NCBI GenBank assembly: GCA_937129385.1
Contig: CAKZNC010000220.1
Coordinates: 32,483-96,482 of the forward strand
Direction: 5' to 3'
Source: an uncultured Bacteroidota bacterium
Lineage (GTDB): Bacteria > Bacteroidota > Bacteroidia > Bacteroidales > GCA-2748055
DNA length: 64,000 bases
Shown: piece after piece, positions 28,451 through 37,486 of the stretch
Layout: each line of letters begins with the position of its first letter
Position numbering within the stretch: the first letter of the stretch is position 1
The notes under the pieces: model-generated
The model's input: the letters and a program-made list of their open reading frames with translations, nothing else
Databases searched by the model: none
Told to the model about the DNA's origin: nothing
Made by a program: the position numbers and the translations under genes

Positions 28451-29139
28451 CTGCATGAAATTGCCACTTCCAGCAATAGCAGGATTCGTCAGTTCAAAGT
28501 ACCCTATCAATTTGATTTAAAAGGTCCTGAAACGGACTACCCAGGCGGGAAATGGGCTTCAGCCTCCCCGGAGGCATTGCTGGATTATTCTGCTGTTGCC
28601 TGTTTTTTCGCACTTGAGATCCATGAAAGATATGATGTACCTGTCGGCATTATCAATGCAAGCATGGGCGGAAGTCATGCAGAAGTATGGATGAGCAGTA
28701 AAGCATTGAAACCTTTCCCGGAATACCGGGCAGAAGCGGAGAAGTTCAGTGATGAGGATTTTGTAGATTCTCTCAGTTTCAGTGAGCAGAAGGCTAGAAA
28801 AAGCTGGTACCGGGAACTGAACATTAAAGACCTGGGGTTACAATCAGAACCGGGTTGGAAATCACCGGATGTTGATATCTCTGACTGGAAAAAGATGGTG
28901 GTCCACTTTGTTATTTCGCAGTTGCCGGAGAAGATGAGAAATACCAATGGGTTGATGCCAGGATCAAAGGTCAAAGAGTCATCATTGATTATAAGGATGC
29001 AAAGCATGTTACTGAAGTGCGTTATGCCTGGGCCGACAATCCCGGGGGTGCCAACCTTTGCAATTCAGCCGGATTACCGGCTGCCCCGTTCGGCGCCAGC
29101 AGATCAAGCCGTCATTTAAAAGAAGGAAAATCGCAATGA
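28451..29139 (+). pseudogene. sialate O-acetylesterase relic (5' truncation plus internal deletion/frameshift)
   Basis: Frame 1 gives the middle of the family (EIATSSNSRIRQFKV...YSAVACFFALEIHERYDVPVGIINASMGGSHAEVWMS). After about 28900 a different frame gives the canonical C-terminus (YFAVAGEDEKYQWVDARIKGQRVIIDYKDAKHVTEVRYAWADNPGGANLCNSAGLPAAPF). The N-terminal SGNH part with the catalytic Ser and ~200 central residues are absent. Confidence 0.6.
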
Positions 29140-29286
29140 ATGGCGGCCTGCATTTCATTGGAAGGACAAGTCCGAATGATTTGTACAGAAATGTCTACTG
29201 TATTTATAGTTGTTCTACTGCTTTTACAGTTGATATAAAAACCTGTAATGGAAATGTTGATGAATAATGCTGCAACAAATTTGTGA

Positions 29287-30705
29287 TCAAATATTTGCGG
29301 CTGTTTGTTTGATCAATTCCCAGGCCTTGAACACATGCTCCCGGGTAACACTGGTTTGTCCCACCACCACTCTCAGAAGTATTTCACCATTGACTTTTGT
29401 ATGGGTAAGGAACATCTTTCCCGAATCATTGAGTGACTTCATCAGGCGGTCATTCAGGGTATTAACCTCTTTCGTATCAAGTCCGTCACCCGGCACATAT
29501 CTAAAGCAGACAAGTCCCAGGTGTTGCGGTTCGAAGAGTTTAAACCCCGGTTCATTTCTTATGGCATCGCCCAGTTCACCGGCCCAGTGGATATGATCCT
29601 TTACTTTGTTTTGAATTCCTTCGACTCCGAAATCCCTGATCACGAACCAGAGTTTCAATGCCCGGAACCTCCGGCCAAGCTGAATTCCCCAGTCTCGGTA
29701 GTCATTTACCTGTCCACGTGTGTTGGTCTTCAAATATTCGGGCAGAATCTCAAAAGTCCGGATGAGCGCTTCTGTATCTCTCACGAAGTAAGCAGAACAA
29801 TCGAAATTTGTAAACATCCATTTATGGGGATTGAATACAAAACTGTCCACATTTTCGATTCCCCTGATCATGTATCTCTGTTCGGGCAGCACCAGTGCAG
29901 TACCTGCGTATGCGGCATCCACGTGCAACCAGGTATCGAATGTTTTGCATATTTCGCCGATAGGTTCAAGCGGGTCAATGGCCACTGTTCCTGTGGTTCC
30001 CAGGGCCGCCACCACGCACAGGGGTGAAAATCCGTTGTCGATATCTTTTTGAATGGCTTCCCGCAATTTTTCAGGCTGCATTGCCAGTTGCTCGTCGGTC
30101 TCAATATGGACCAGGTTTTGTTTCCCAAACCCGGCAATTTTAACAGCCTTTTCGATGGAAGAGTGTGCTTCGGTACTACAATAGATCCTGTAAAACTCCT
30201 CGCCTGAAAATCCTTCTTTATTGATCCGGTAGCGGGAGATCATCTCCCTTGCTGTAAGCAAAGCCACAAGTGTTGCAGTGGAAGCGGTGTCCTGGATCAC
30301 CCCTTCGAAAGTATCGGGCAGTCCGATCATATCCCGGAGCCAGTTCATCATGCTCTCCTCCAGTTCGGCAGCTGCAGGTGAAGTTTCCCAGACCATGCAT
30401 TGTGCAGCAAGCGTTGCAGTGAGCATTTCGGCCAATACCGACGGATAGCTTGAATTTGCGGTGAAATAGGCAAAATAGTTCGGACTTTGCCAGTGGGTCA
30501 TCCCGGGTAGGATGATGTTTTTAAAATCTTCAAAAACTGTTTCCATGCTTTCCCCTTCTCTCGGGGGAGCGTCGGGAATCTGTGAAATAATCTCACCGGG
30601 TTGCACCTTTGATTTGACCGGCAATTCCTGAACATTTTCAAGGTAATCGGCCATCCAGTCAACAAAATCGTGGGCATATTTGCGGAATGCTTGGGAATCC
30701 ATCAT
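29287..30705 (-). CDS. pyridoxal-dependent aromatic-L-amino-acid decarboxylase (DDC/TDC-like, group II)
   Basis: 472 aa, colinear with eukaryote-type DDC: FRKYAHDFVDWMADYL, GMTHWQSPNYFAYFTANSSYPSVLAEML, and the PLP-lysine motif FNPHKWMFTNFDCS. Confidence 0.85.
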   Translation of the reverse strand: MMDSQAFRKYAHDFVDWMADYLENVQELPVKSKVQPGEIISQIPDAPPREGESMETVFEDFKNIILPGMTHWQSPNYFAYFTANSSYPSVLAEMLTATLAAQCMVWETSPAAAELEESMMNWLRDMIGLPDTFEGVIQDTASTATLVALLTAREMISRYRINKEGFSGEEFYRIYCSTEAHSSIEKAVKIAGFGKQNLVHIETDEQLAMQPEKLREAIQKDIDNGFSPLCVVAALGTTGTVAIDPLEPIGEICKTFDTWLHVDAAYAGTALVLPEQRYMIRGIENVDSFVFNPHKWMFTNFDCSAYFVRDTEALIRTFEILPEYLKTNTRGQVNDYRDWGIQLGRRFRALKLWFVIRDFGVEGIQNKVKDHIHWAGELGDAIRNEPGFKLFEPQHLGLVCFRYVPGDGLDTKEVNTLNDRLMKSLNDSGKMFLTHTKVNGEILLRVVVGQTSVTREHVFKAWELIKQTAANI

Positions 30706-30758
30706 GGCATGCGTTCGTTTATTCCTTAAAAGTAAATGATTCTGAGAGATTCGGAAAG

Positions 30759-30794
30759 AAAAAAAGGGAGAGCAATTATTGAATTTGCTCTCCC
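30759..30794 (-). terminator. intrinsic terminator after the TrpB2 gene
   Basis: Read on the minus strand: gggagagcaa-attcaataa-ttgctctccc (10-bp stem) followed by T7, 29 nt after the TrpB2 stop. Confidence 0.7.
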
Positions 30795-30822
30795 CTTGTT
30801 TTCAAGTCACTTTTTGTTATCC

Positions 30823-32202
30823 TTATTTTCTGATCGGTTCGGGATGTCCCTTCAGGATCTCGGTAAACTTCGCCAGGTCCTCATCTGGAAGTGAGTGATC
30901 GGACAATTCACCGTTAAAGTACTTATCATAACCCACCAGGTCCATCAGGCCGTGACCACTGAAATTGAATACGATCACTTTTTCCTTGCCCTCTTCCTTT
31001 GCCTTGTTGGCTTCCCTGATGGCTGAGGCGATGGCGTGGGTCGTTTCGGGAGCAGGAATGATGCCTTCTGAGCGTGCGAATTTCACTCCGGCTTCGTAAC
31101 ATTCCAGCTGGTGGATTGCCTCCGGTCTGATCAGATCATGATTTACGGCATGACTGATCAGCGGTGAAATCCCGTGATAACGGAGTCCGCCTGCATGAAT
31201 TGGCGGTGGTATAAATGAATGTCCCAGCGTATGCATCGCCATCAGTGGTGTCATTTTTGCAACATCACCATGGTCATAGGCAAATGGCGCCCTGGTCAGG
31301 GTCGGACAGCTGGCCGGTTCAACGGCGATCACGTCGATCTCGCTACCATTGATCTTGTCATTCACAAACGGAAAAGCCAATCCGGCAAAATTACTTCCCC
31401 CACCTGCACATCCGATTACTACGTCGACTTTTTTCTCGTTGATCTTCGCTAATTGTTTCTTGGTTTCAAGTCCGATGATGGTCTGGTGCAGGAGCACATG
31501 GTTGAGCACACTGCCAAGTGAGTATCGCGTCTCTCCGGATTTGTCGGTCACGGCAGCTTCAATGGCTTCAGAAATTGCAATTCCAAGGCTGCCAGGTGTA
31601 TCGGGATATTTCTCAAGGATGTCTCTTCCGGCCTGGGTTTCGTTACTGGGACTTGCAACGCATTCCCCTCCCCATGCTCTCATCATCATTTTCCTGAAAG
31701 GTTTCTGATCGAAGCTCACCCTTACCATAAATACCTTACATTCCAGTCCGAGCAGGGAAGTTGCAAATGACAGGGCACTGCCCCACTGACCTGCACCGGT
31801 TTCCGTGGTAATTTTTTTGATCCCGAATTCCTTGTTGTAATAAGCCTGAGCAACAGCAGTATTTGGCTTGTGGCTACCTGCGGGGGAAACACTTTCATTC
31901 TTGTAATAGATACGTGCCGGGGTTCCCAGTATTTTCTCAAGGTTGCGGGCGCGAACCAGGGGTGTGGGGCGCCAGAGATACAACATCTCCAGTACTTTTT
32001 CAGGAATATCGATCCAGCGTTCCTGGCTTACCTCCTGTTCCACCAGGTTCATGGGGAAGACGGGAGCAAGCATCTCGGGGCTCACAGGATTTCCGTCCGG
32101 TCCCAGCGGGGGATTCATCGGACCCGGAAGATCGGCGGCAATGTTGTACCACTGACGTGGCATCTCTTTTTCATCAAGTGTGATCTTGGTCAATTTGCTC
32201 AT
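30823..32202 (-). CDS. TrpB-like PLP-dependent enzyme (stand-alone tryptophan synthase beta, TrpB2 type)
   Basis: Start moved to [27 protein letters not shown], the typical TrpB2 N-terminus. PLP-lysine context [19 protein letters not shown], plus [12 protein letters not shown]. There is no trpA or other trp gene beside it. Confidence 0.85.
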   Translation of the reverse strand: MSKLTKITLDEKEMPRQWYNIAADLPGPMNPPLGPDGNPVSPEMLAPVFPMNLVEQEVSQERWIDIPEKVLEMLYLWRPTPLVRARNLEKILGTPARIYYKNESVSPAGSHKPNTAVAQAYYNKEFGIKKITTETGAGQWGSALSFATSLLGLECKVFMVRVSFDQKPFRKMMMRAWGGECVASPSNETQAGRDILEKYPDTPGSLGIAISEAIEAAVTDKSGETRYSLGSVLNHVLLHQTIIGLETKKQLAKINEKKVDVVIGCAGGGSNFAGLAFPFVNDKINGSEIDVIAVEPASCPTLTRAPFAYDHGDVAKMTPLMAMHTLGHSFIPPPIHAGGLRYHGISPLISHAVNHDLIRPEAIHQLECYEAGVKFARSEGIIPAPETTHAIASAIREANKAKEEGKEKVIVFNFSGHGLMDLVGYDKYFNGELSDHSLPDEDLAKFTEILKGHPEPIRK

Positions 32203-32234
32203 GTTCTTTATTTTGGTTGGTGAATATTCAATGC

Positions 32235-32265
32235 AAAAAAAAAGGGTCCTGTTGACAACAAGCCC
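32235..32265 (-). terminator. terminator-like hairpin + U9 in the 5' region of the TrpB2 gene
   Basis: Minus-strand RNA GGGCUUGUUGUCAACAGGACCC folds by hand to 9 bp with one bulged A and loop GUC, followed by U9. It ends 33 nt upstream of the TrpB2 ATG and lies ~270 nt downstream of the preceding gene. Confidence 0.45.
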
Positions 32266-32536
32266 TGATGATCTTATACATAAATTGATATAAAAAAACA
32301 AAATGTACAGATTGGGATCATCGGGCACTCAGAGAGTGCCATCGCCATCGCCAGATATGTACATTCGAAGCCATTCCGTAATATTCAGCTTAAAACTAAT
32401 GATTTTTTTAAAAAACCAAGCGTTTGATTACAAATTAGTTTCATTCCGGCTGTTTTTACAGCCAGATATAAGCAATGATCTCATATATCCTCCGGGATCA
32501 TGGTGAGACTCCGAAAGCTTCTTTTCCAGGGACTCC

Positions 32537-33565
32537 TTATTTTACAATGCCCAATTTAATACCGGCAGTTGGCAGTACTCCTGAGAAATCTACATTCTGT
32601 AATGCCTTGTACCTGGTAAATTCTTTTTCTCCGTCATACTTACTTAGCCTGATCATTCCGCCAAGATAAACATCAGCTGTTACTACATCCCAGAAGACAA
32701 ATTGCCAACCGGCCACAAATCCTCCCGAAAACACATGAAGATGGCGGATCACCTCCACGGCCTCATATATCTCGTCTTCTTCATTGTATACATTGTCGAA
32801 ACCTGATAGTGTGAGCCTGCGGTAAATTCCCACGGGCGCAACATAGGGTCCGCCTGGTGCAGAATAATATGGATCGGTCCGTGCCAGCAGGTAATTTTTC
32901 CAGCTAACAGAGCCACCGTAACCGGTGATATTCTCACTGTTGTAAGAGACATAGTCTGCAACATCCGCATTGTAATACTCCAGTTTCTGATTGGCCACGT
33001 AGTACCTGGCAAAGCCTTTTTTTGATGCGTAGGTTGCCATGGCAGATAGCTCAAGTGCATTTCCCTTATTCAGTACCCTTTCAAAAGACAATTCCATTGT
33101 CCCTTCAAAGAGTCTAACCGGCAAAATGGAGATGACATTATTACCAGGCTTATAAAAAGAGGCCTCTCCATTTCTGATTCCGGCTGGATCTTGACGGGTG
33201 TCGGAATTCGGTTCCGATTCCAACAGGTGAAGCTGCTCCCTGAGGTCATTAAGTTCCGCCATGATTTCCTGCTGAACCTCTGCCAGGGAATCCAGTTCAC
33301 CATATTTTCCCTCGGGGTCAACCGGATTGGATTCCATCTCAGAAATTCTGTTTTCAATTTCAGTGAGTCTGATTTCAAGTGCTTTGGGTTTTTCTTCCAG
33401 GAGCATCATTCTTGATTGCAGCAGTTCCAGTTTAGATGTAGCAAGGTCGATTTTCAGGTCGATCAGTTCCGCCTCAGTTTGTCCATTAATCTGGGCTGCG
33501 GCCGGATTGTAAACAACCAGGAGGAGAGCAATCGTTGAAAGGGTGTGTAGTAAAATCCTTTTCAT
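32537..33565 (-). CDS. hypothetical secreted protein: coiled-coil N-terminal half plus beta-rich C-terminal half
   Basis: Start moved to MKRILLHTLSTIALLLVVYNPAAAQ (signal peptide). Residues ~30-140 are heptad-like and rich in E/L/K (LIDLKIDLATSKLELLQSRMMLLEEKPKALEIRLTEIENRISEME). The remainder has alternating aromatic/Gly beta-strand character. Confidence 0.5.
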   Translation of the reverse strand: MKRILLHTLSTIALLLVVYNPAAAQINGQTEAELIDLKIDLATSKLELLQSRMMLLEEKPKALEIRLTEIENRISEMESNPVDPEGKYGELDSLAEVQQEIMAELNDLREQLHLLESEPNSDTRQDPAGIRNGEASFYKPGNNVISILPVRLFEGTMELSFERVLNKGNALELSAMATYASKKGFARYYVANQKLEYYNADVADYVSYNSENITGYGGSVSWKNYLLARTDPYYSAPGGPYVAPVGIYRRLTLSGFDNVYNEEDEIYEAVEVIRHLHVFSGGFVAGWQFVFWDVVTADVYLGGMIRLSKYDGEKEFTRYKALQNVDFSGVLPTAGIKLGIVK

Positions 33566-33679
33566 GGTATTCGGGGTTAGGAGGTTAATATAAGTTTGGT
33601 GTTTGCTTAAGATGAACAAAAGGCTTTTTTGGTTGCGTTGCAGTCAGGCGCCAGGGGAGCGTGCCTGTTTCCGGGGTGC

Positions 33680-33711
33680 TTTGATAATTCACTTTGATTG
33701 ATCTATATTTG
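33680..33711 (+). promoter_or_regulatory. Bacteroidetes-type promoter (TTTG-N20-TATATTTG)
   Basis: tttg at 33680..33683, a 20-nt spacer, and tatatttg at 33704..33711. This is a full match to the -33 TTTG / -7 TAnnTTTG consensus, 69 nt upstream of the fasciclin gene start. Confidence 0.4.
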
Positions 33712-33779
33712 AAGTATTCATTCTGACCAGTGGCAGATGCCGGCAAATCAAATAAAATTGAAAGTTGGGAGTGCATTGA

Positions 33780-34874
33780 ATGGCAGAAAAGATATTGCAC
33801 ATAGTGATTGAGAGAATTAAATCCACGATTTTCAGAAGTGTCTTGTGTTGCTCCCTTGTGGCGCTGATCACCCCCTCCTGTGAAACAGATCGAATACATG
33901 AATCAGACTGGTTCAATTATTCTATCAGCGGGTATATTGAGGCCAACAGTGACGAATATTCGAAATTTCACAGGTTGATGAGTGAAAGAGCCATTGAAAA
34001 CACACTTTACGGTTACAATCCCTATGGTGATGGATATACCCTGTTTCTTCCCACCGATGAGGCCATTGACCAGTATATTCAGCAGGAGTCTTACATTGCC
34101 AGTTTTGAAGAATTATTGCTGGACACCGGGCTTGTTTCGGAATTTTGCCGCTACCATGTTGTCGATGAAAAAGTGGCCACGGGTGATTTTCCGTACGGGG
34201 CATTAGAGGACCGCACATTTACCGGGGACAGGCTGGTGATCGACTATTATGAGGGCGAAGACAATCCGTTAATAGTAGTGAATGACCAGGCACCGATCAT
34301 CGCATCAAATATTGAATTAACAAACGGGTACATCCACATTATTTCGTCGGTTCTGCAGCGGACAGATATCACAGGTTATGAATGGCTTCAGCAGCAGGAG
34401 GACTATTCGATCCTTGCGCAGGCCATGGAGCTTGCAGGTATCAGCGACAGGTTGGAGTGGAATCATTACACTCTGCTTGCGGAACACGACAGCGTCTATG
34501 CGCTGGAGGGAATATACACCATCGACGATCTTGTTGATCGTGTCGGAAACCCCGATTTTCCCTACTGGGATGAATCAAATTCATTCTACCAGTTCACAGC
34601 ATTTCATGTCCTGCGCAACGATTACTATTTGAATGACCTGGACTGGGGGGAGAGGTACTACAGGACCCTCGGCTGGGATTATTTAAATATAACAACCGGA
34701 GTTGAGATCAGGATCAATCCGGGCGTTGATGATTATACGGTAGTAACGGCGAACAATGATACAATTGAATACGATTACATACGTATTAACTGGGATCACT
34801 GCAACATTCCAACCAGCTCAGGACCTGTTCACTCCATTTCAAACATCCTCTCATCCGGTAAATTTTCTGAATAG
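33780..34874 (+). CDS. fasciclin (FAS1) domain lipoprotein
   Basis: Lipobox-like LVALITPSC. FAS1 motifs GDGYTLFLPTDEAIDQYI and NGYIHIISSVL, with a second degenerate FAS1-like half. Confidence 0.65.
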   Translation: MAEKILHIVIERIKSTIFRSVLCCSLVALITPSCETDRIHESDWFNYSISGYIEANSDEYSKFHRLMSERAIENTLYGYNPYGDGYTLFLPTDEAIDQYIQQESYIASFEELLLDTGLVSEFCRYHVVDEKVATGDFPYGALEDRTFTGDRLVIDYYEGEDNPLIVVNDQAPIIASNIELTNGYIHIISSVLQRTDITGYEWLQQQEDYSILAQAMELAGISDRLEWNHYTLLAEHDSVYALEGIYTIDDLVDRVGNPDFPYWDESNSFYQFTAFHVLRNDYYLNDLDWGERYYRTLGWDYLNITTGVEIRINPGVDDYTVVTANNDTIEYDYIRINWDHCNIPTSSGPVHSISNILSSGKFSE

Positions 34875-34875
34875 A

Positions 34876-37083
34876 TCAATGACTAAGCACTGTGTCGATT
34901 TCATGCACAACTGCTGTGACCATTGAGCCAGAAGATATCATTCGATTTGTACGATTTTCATTTTCCTGCAGGACAGCAACGGGGAGTCCGGAAGCATCCA
35001 GTATCCTGATAACATCAGGTTCTGTTTCAATTTGCAGGGGAGTGTTATTGAGTGTATTGTAAGATCCAGATGCAACCTTGTTGTCGGTAAAAATTAAATT
35101 TCCCTCAACAAAATGGCGCTCCAGGAATGGCCTGAGTTCATTGGTGGTCAGGGTATCTGCATTGTACGCATCAAGTGCCGCATCGGAAGGGACAAATATG
35201 GTAAAATAATCCTCGTTGTTGCGGACCTGATTGATCAGTCCGGACTGTATCAATAGCCTGTAAAATTCAGGATACCCGCTGAGCATTTCATCCATGCCGG
35301 TTTGGTCAAAATTAAACCAGTACCTGATGCCATAGTTCCTGGAGTTTCCAATGGGGAACGGCATGGGTTCAGGATGGTTTGTGGCTTCGATGAGACCATT
35401 ATATCGTTTCGTGGAGGGTCGTGTTCCCCGGACCGTGTTATCCGCATTGTTCCAGATGATATAATTTCCTCTCAGGGTTCGGATGAACTCCTTATTCGCA
35501 CTTCCATTGGGTACCGAGGTTCCGAAATGATTCAGTAGCCTGTTCGCAAGCTCCCAGGGTGAGACATATGCCAGGGAATGCATAAAAACATCATATTCCA
35601 GGAAAATATACTGGTGGGTGCCCTGGTTGAGCCAGTTCAGCAACAATGAGGAATCGCTTCTCAATCCATCATCCAGGATTGGGAAGAAACAGAGTTCATT
35701 CTCTATGGTTGAAATTGCATTCAGGAGGTCTGAATATTGAAGTGCCAGCCTGAACCAGGAGTACTTCGGCCGGCAGAAAACGGGTCCGGTTACACTTGTA
35801 AATGCACGGTCGGGTGTATACGAATCAACTCCGATAAATGTACAATTGCTGCCAAATTCTTTCCTGATGATGTCCGATTCATTCTGTTGGAATCTTCCTG
35901 GTTCCTGGAAAATTCTCTGGTACTCATCGGAGGATGGGTAGAGCGCCTCCGGGGAAAAATGCTGCAAGATGATGATATCGACGATATCCCGGGGCAGTGA
36001 TTTGATGTCTGTCCAGTGGGGATACCCCAGTCCTGAAGTCAGAATCTCATCAATAAATGCATTGAACCCGGGATCTGTAGGTGCAACCAGACCCTTATGT
36101 TTCAAACGGGTAACTTCATCTGTAACATTTCCGGGCTCTTCCCAGATACGTTCTGCCTGGATGTCAAACAACAGATCATCATCACTCGTATTTTCCAATC
36201 CGCTAAAGCTCAGGTTCCACAGGGTATCCACAAATCCTCCATACCGGGCGGATGCCTGGGCAAATGTTGCCTTATCATTGGCCTTAAAAATCGGATAGTG
36301 CCAGTAGACCATTTCGAGAAAGCTGTGGTAAGATTCCCCGTTTTCAGCCGTTTCCAGGATCTCCTCTGCGTTTTGCAATGGTTTCGTTACCCTGTCGATC
36401 ACGTGCAGGAAACCGTTCTCTGCAAACAGGTCAGCTTTCAGGACCCGTGCCCCTGCGAAATAGCTATATCCCGGTTCATAGGGTCTGTCGAAATAATAGC
36501 TGTAATCAGAACCGCTGATTCCATGTATTCCAAAATAGGCATCATAAAACAAGGGGGCATACTTCCTGGAATCGGTTTTTACAATTTTATACCGGTCTGC
36601 ACGTGTTGAGTCCATTACGATTCTGTCCCTTCCACCGACCGATTTGATCCAGTATTTCTGATCCGGATTTTGGAAAATGGTCTGGAACTTAAACGAGTAG
36701 TCATGCCAGTCTGCTGCATTTTCATCTCTCCAGCCGTTCTGACCACTGGTTTTGAGTTGTTCGAGGGTCCAGGGGTTCTGAATGATGTGGGATTTGACCA
36801 ATTTATTCAGTTCCCAACTGGGGATCTCCTCAACGCTGCTGTATTGATGGTCGGCCAGGTATCTTTCCACGGCGCCGTTTGTGGGTGCCATAACGGTCCA
36901 TGCGCCCGAAACGTCCAGGATGGTATCATAACCGGCAAGTTGCAGGCATTCAGAGAACAGGGAGAGGTACTCCTGTGATGAGATAGCGGTGTACAATTTT
37001 CCGTTAAGCCACTCCGGTTTCTGGAATTTCTCATGGTCGTTGATGTCTTCGCAACCCGTGAAAAGCAGGAGAAGAAATCCCAT
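34876..37083 (-). CDS. multi-FAS1 (fasciclin) domain lipoprotein
   Basis: Start moved to MGFLLLLFTGCEDIND (lipobox). FAS1 motifs GAWTVMAPTNGAVERYL, NGFLHVIDRV, DYFTIFVPSDAALDAY and AVVHEIDTVL. Confidence 0.65.
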   Translation of the reverse strand: MGFLLLLFTGCEDINDHEKFQKPEWLNGKLYTAISSQEYLSLFSECLQLAGYDTILDVSGAWTVMAPTNGAVERYLADHQYSSVEEIPSWELNKLVKSHIIQNPWTLEQLKTSGQNGWRDENAADWHDYSFKFQTIFQNPDQKYWIKSVGGRDRIVMDSTRADRYKIVKTDSRKYAPLFYDAYFGIHGISGSDYSYYFDRPYEPGYSYFAGARVLKADLFAENGFLHVIDRVTKPLQNAEEILETAENGESYHSFLEMVYWHYPIFKANDKATFAQASARYGGFVDTLWNLSFSGLENTSDDDLLFDIQAERIWEEPGNVTDEVTRLKHKGLVAPTDPGFNAFIDEILTSGLGYPHWTDIKSLPRDIVDIIILQHFSPEALYPSSDEYQRIFQEPGRFQQNESDIIRKEFGSNCTFIGVDSYTPDRAFTSVTGPVFCRPKYSWFRLALQYSDLLNAISTIENELCFFPILDDGLRSDSSLLLNWLNQGTHQYIFLEYDVFMHSLAYVSPWELANRLLNHFGTSVPNGSANKEFIRTLRGNYIIWNNADNTVRGTRPSTKRYNGLIEATNHPEPMPFPIGNSRNYGIRYWFNFDQTGMDEMLSGYPEFYRLLIQSGLINQVRNNEDYFTIFVPSDAALDAYNADTLTTNELRPFLERHFVEGNLIFTDNKVASGSYNTLNNTPLQIETEPDVIRILDASGLPVAVLQENENRTNRMISSGSMVTAVVHEIDTVLSH

Positions 37084-37288
37084 GAGCACGCTACATACTT
37101 TATGTTTGGCGGTTGGTTTGATAGAGCCGGAAAATGATATTGAAGAAAGTTTAAAAGTACACAAAATAGCAAATCATATGTACAAATCATTTTTAGAATG
37201 TACAGATCAACGATGAGTCATTCCTTTTCCTGCCTGAAGTGCGGGTGTTTTGGCTGCGTCGCAGCAAACAATCAAAACGCCAAAAACG

Positions 37289-37338
37289 AAAAAAACAGAG
37301 TAGGAGTTCATCGCTCTCGCGCTTCACTCTCACTCTGT
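37289..37338 (-). terminator. strong hairpin + T-run terminator (minus strand)
   Basis: 13-position stem (acagagtaggagt / actcctactctgt, with 1 mismatch and 1 G-U), 18-nt loop, and T7 on the minus strand. It lies 4 nt from the 14-bp repeat of the tRNA-Phe 3' end. Confidence 0.6.
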
Positions 37339-37342
37339 TTTT

Positions 37343-37356
37343 GGTGGTGCCACCAG
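37343..37356. repeat. 14-bp direct repeat of the tRNA-Phe 3' end (distal copy)
   Basis: ggtggtgccaccag is identical to 40365..40378, in the same orientation. Confidence 0.8.
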
Positions 37357-37486
37357 CCCCAGCTGTAAATGAGCATGATCGGGGCGGAAATCCGGAGCTC
37401 ATCAGTTGATCATGGGGACTCTATGCATCCATTATTGAGATAAAAATGCGTTATTGAAGTGATTTAAACCAATCCAATCAGCATAA

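Noticed and set aside
32203-32328. 42-codon N-terminal extension of the TrpB2 ORF
   Set aside because: The extension covers the A9/hairpin region and has no similarity to TrpB proteins. [20 protein letters not shown] is the family-typical N-terminus.
37193-37402. 69-aa minus-strand ORF
   Set aside because: It spans the terminator hairpin and the 14-bp repeat, is Arg/Ser/Phe-rich and lacks a plausible start context. It is spurious.
37339-37486. Possible small RNA (SRP/4.5S-like, tmRNA fragment) between the lipoprotein gene and the terminator, containing the hairpin atgagc...gctcat
   Set aside because: I could not find the conserved SRP domain IV motifs (GGAA tetraloop context, AGCA/GNAR loops) or a tRNA-like end beyond the 14-mer shared with tRNA-Phe. 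It is left as the unexplained 3' UTR or att-flank of the islet.
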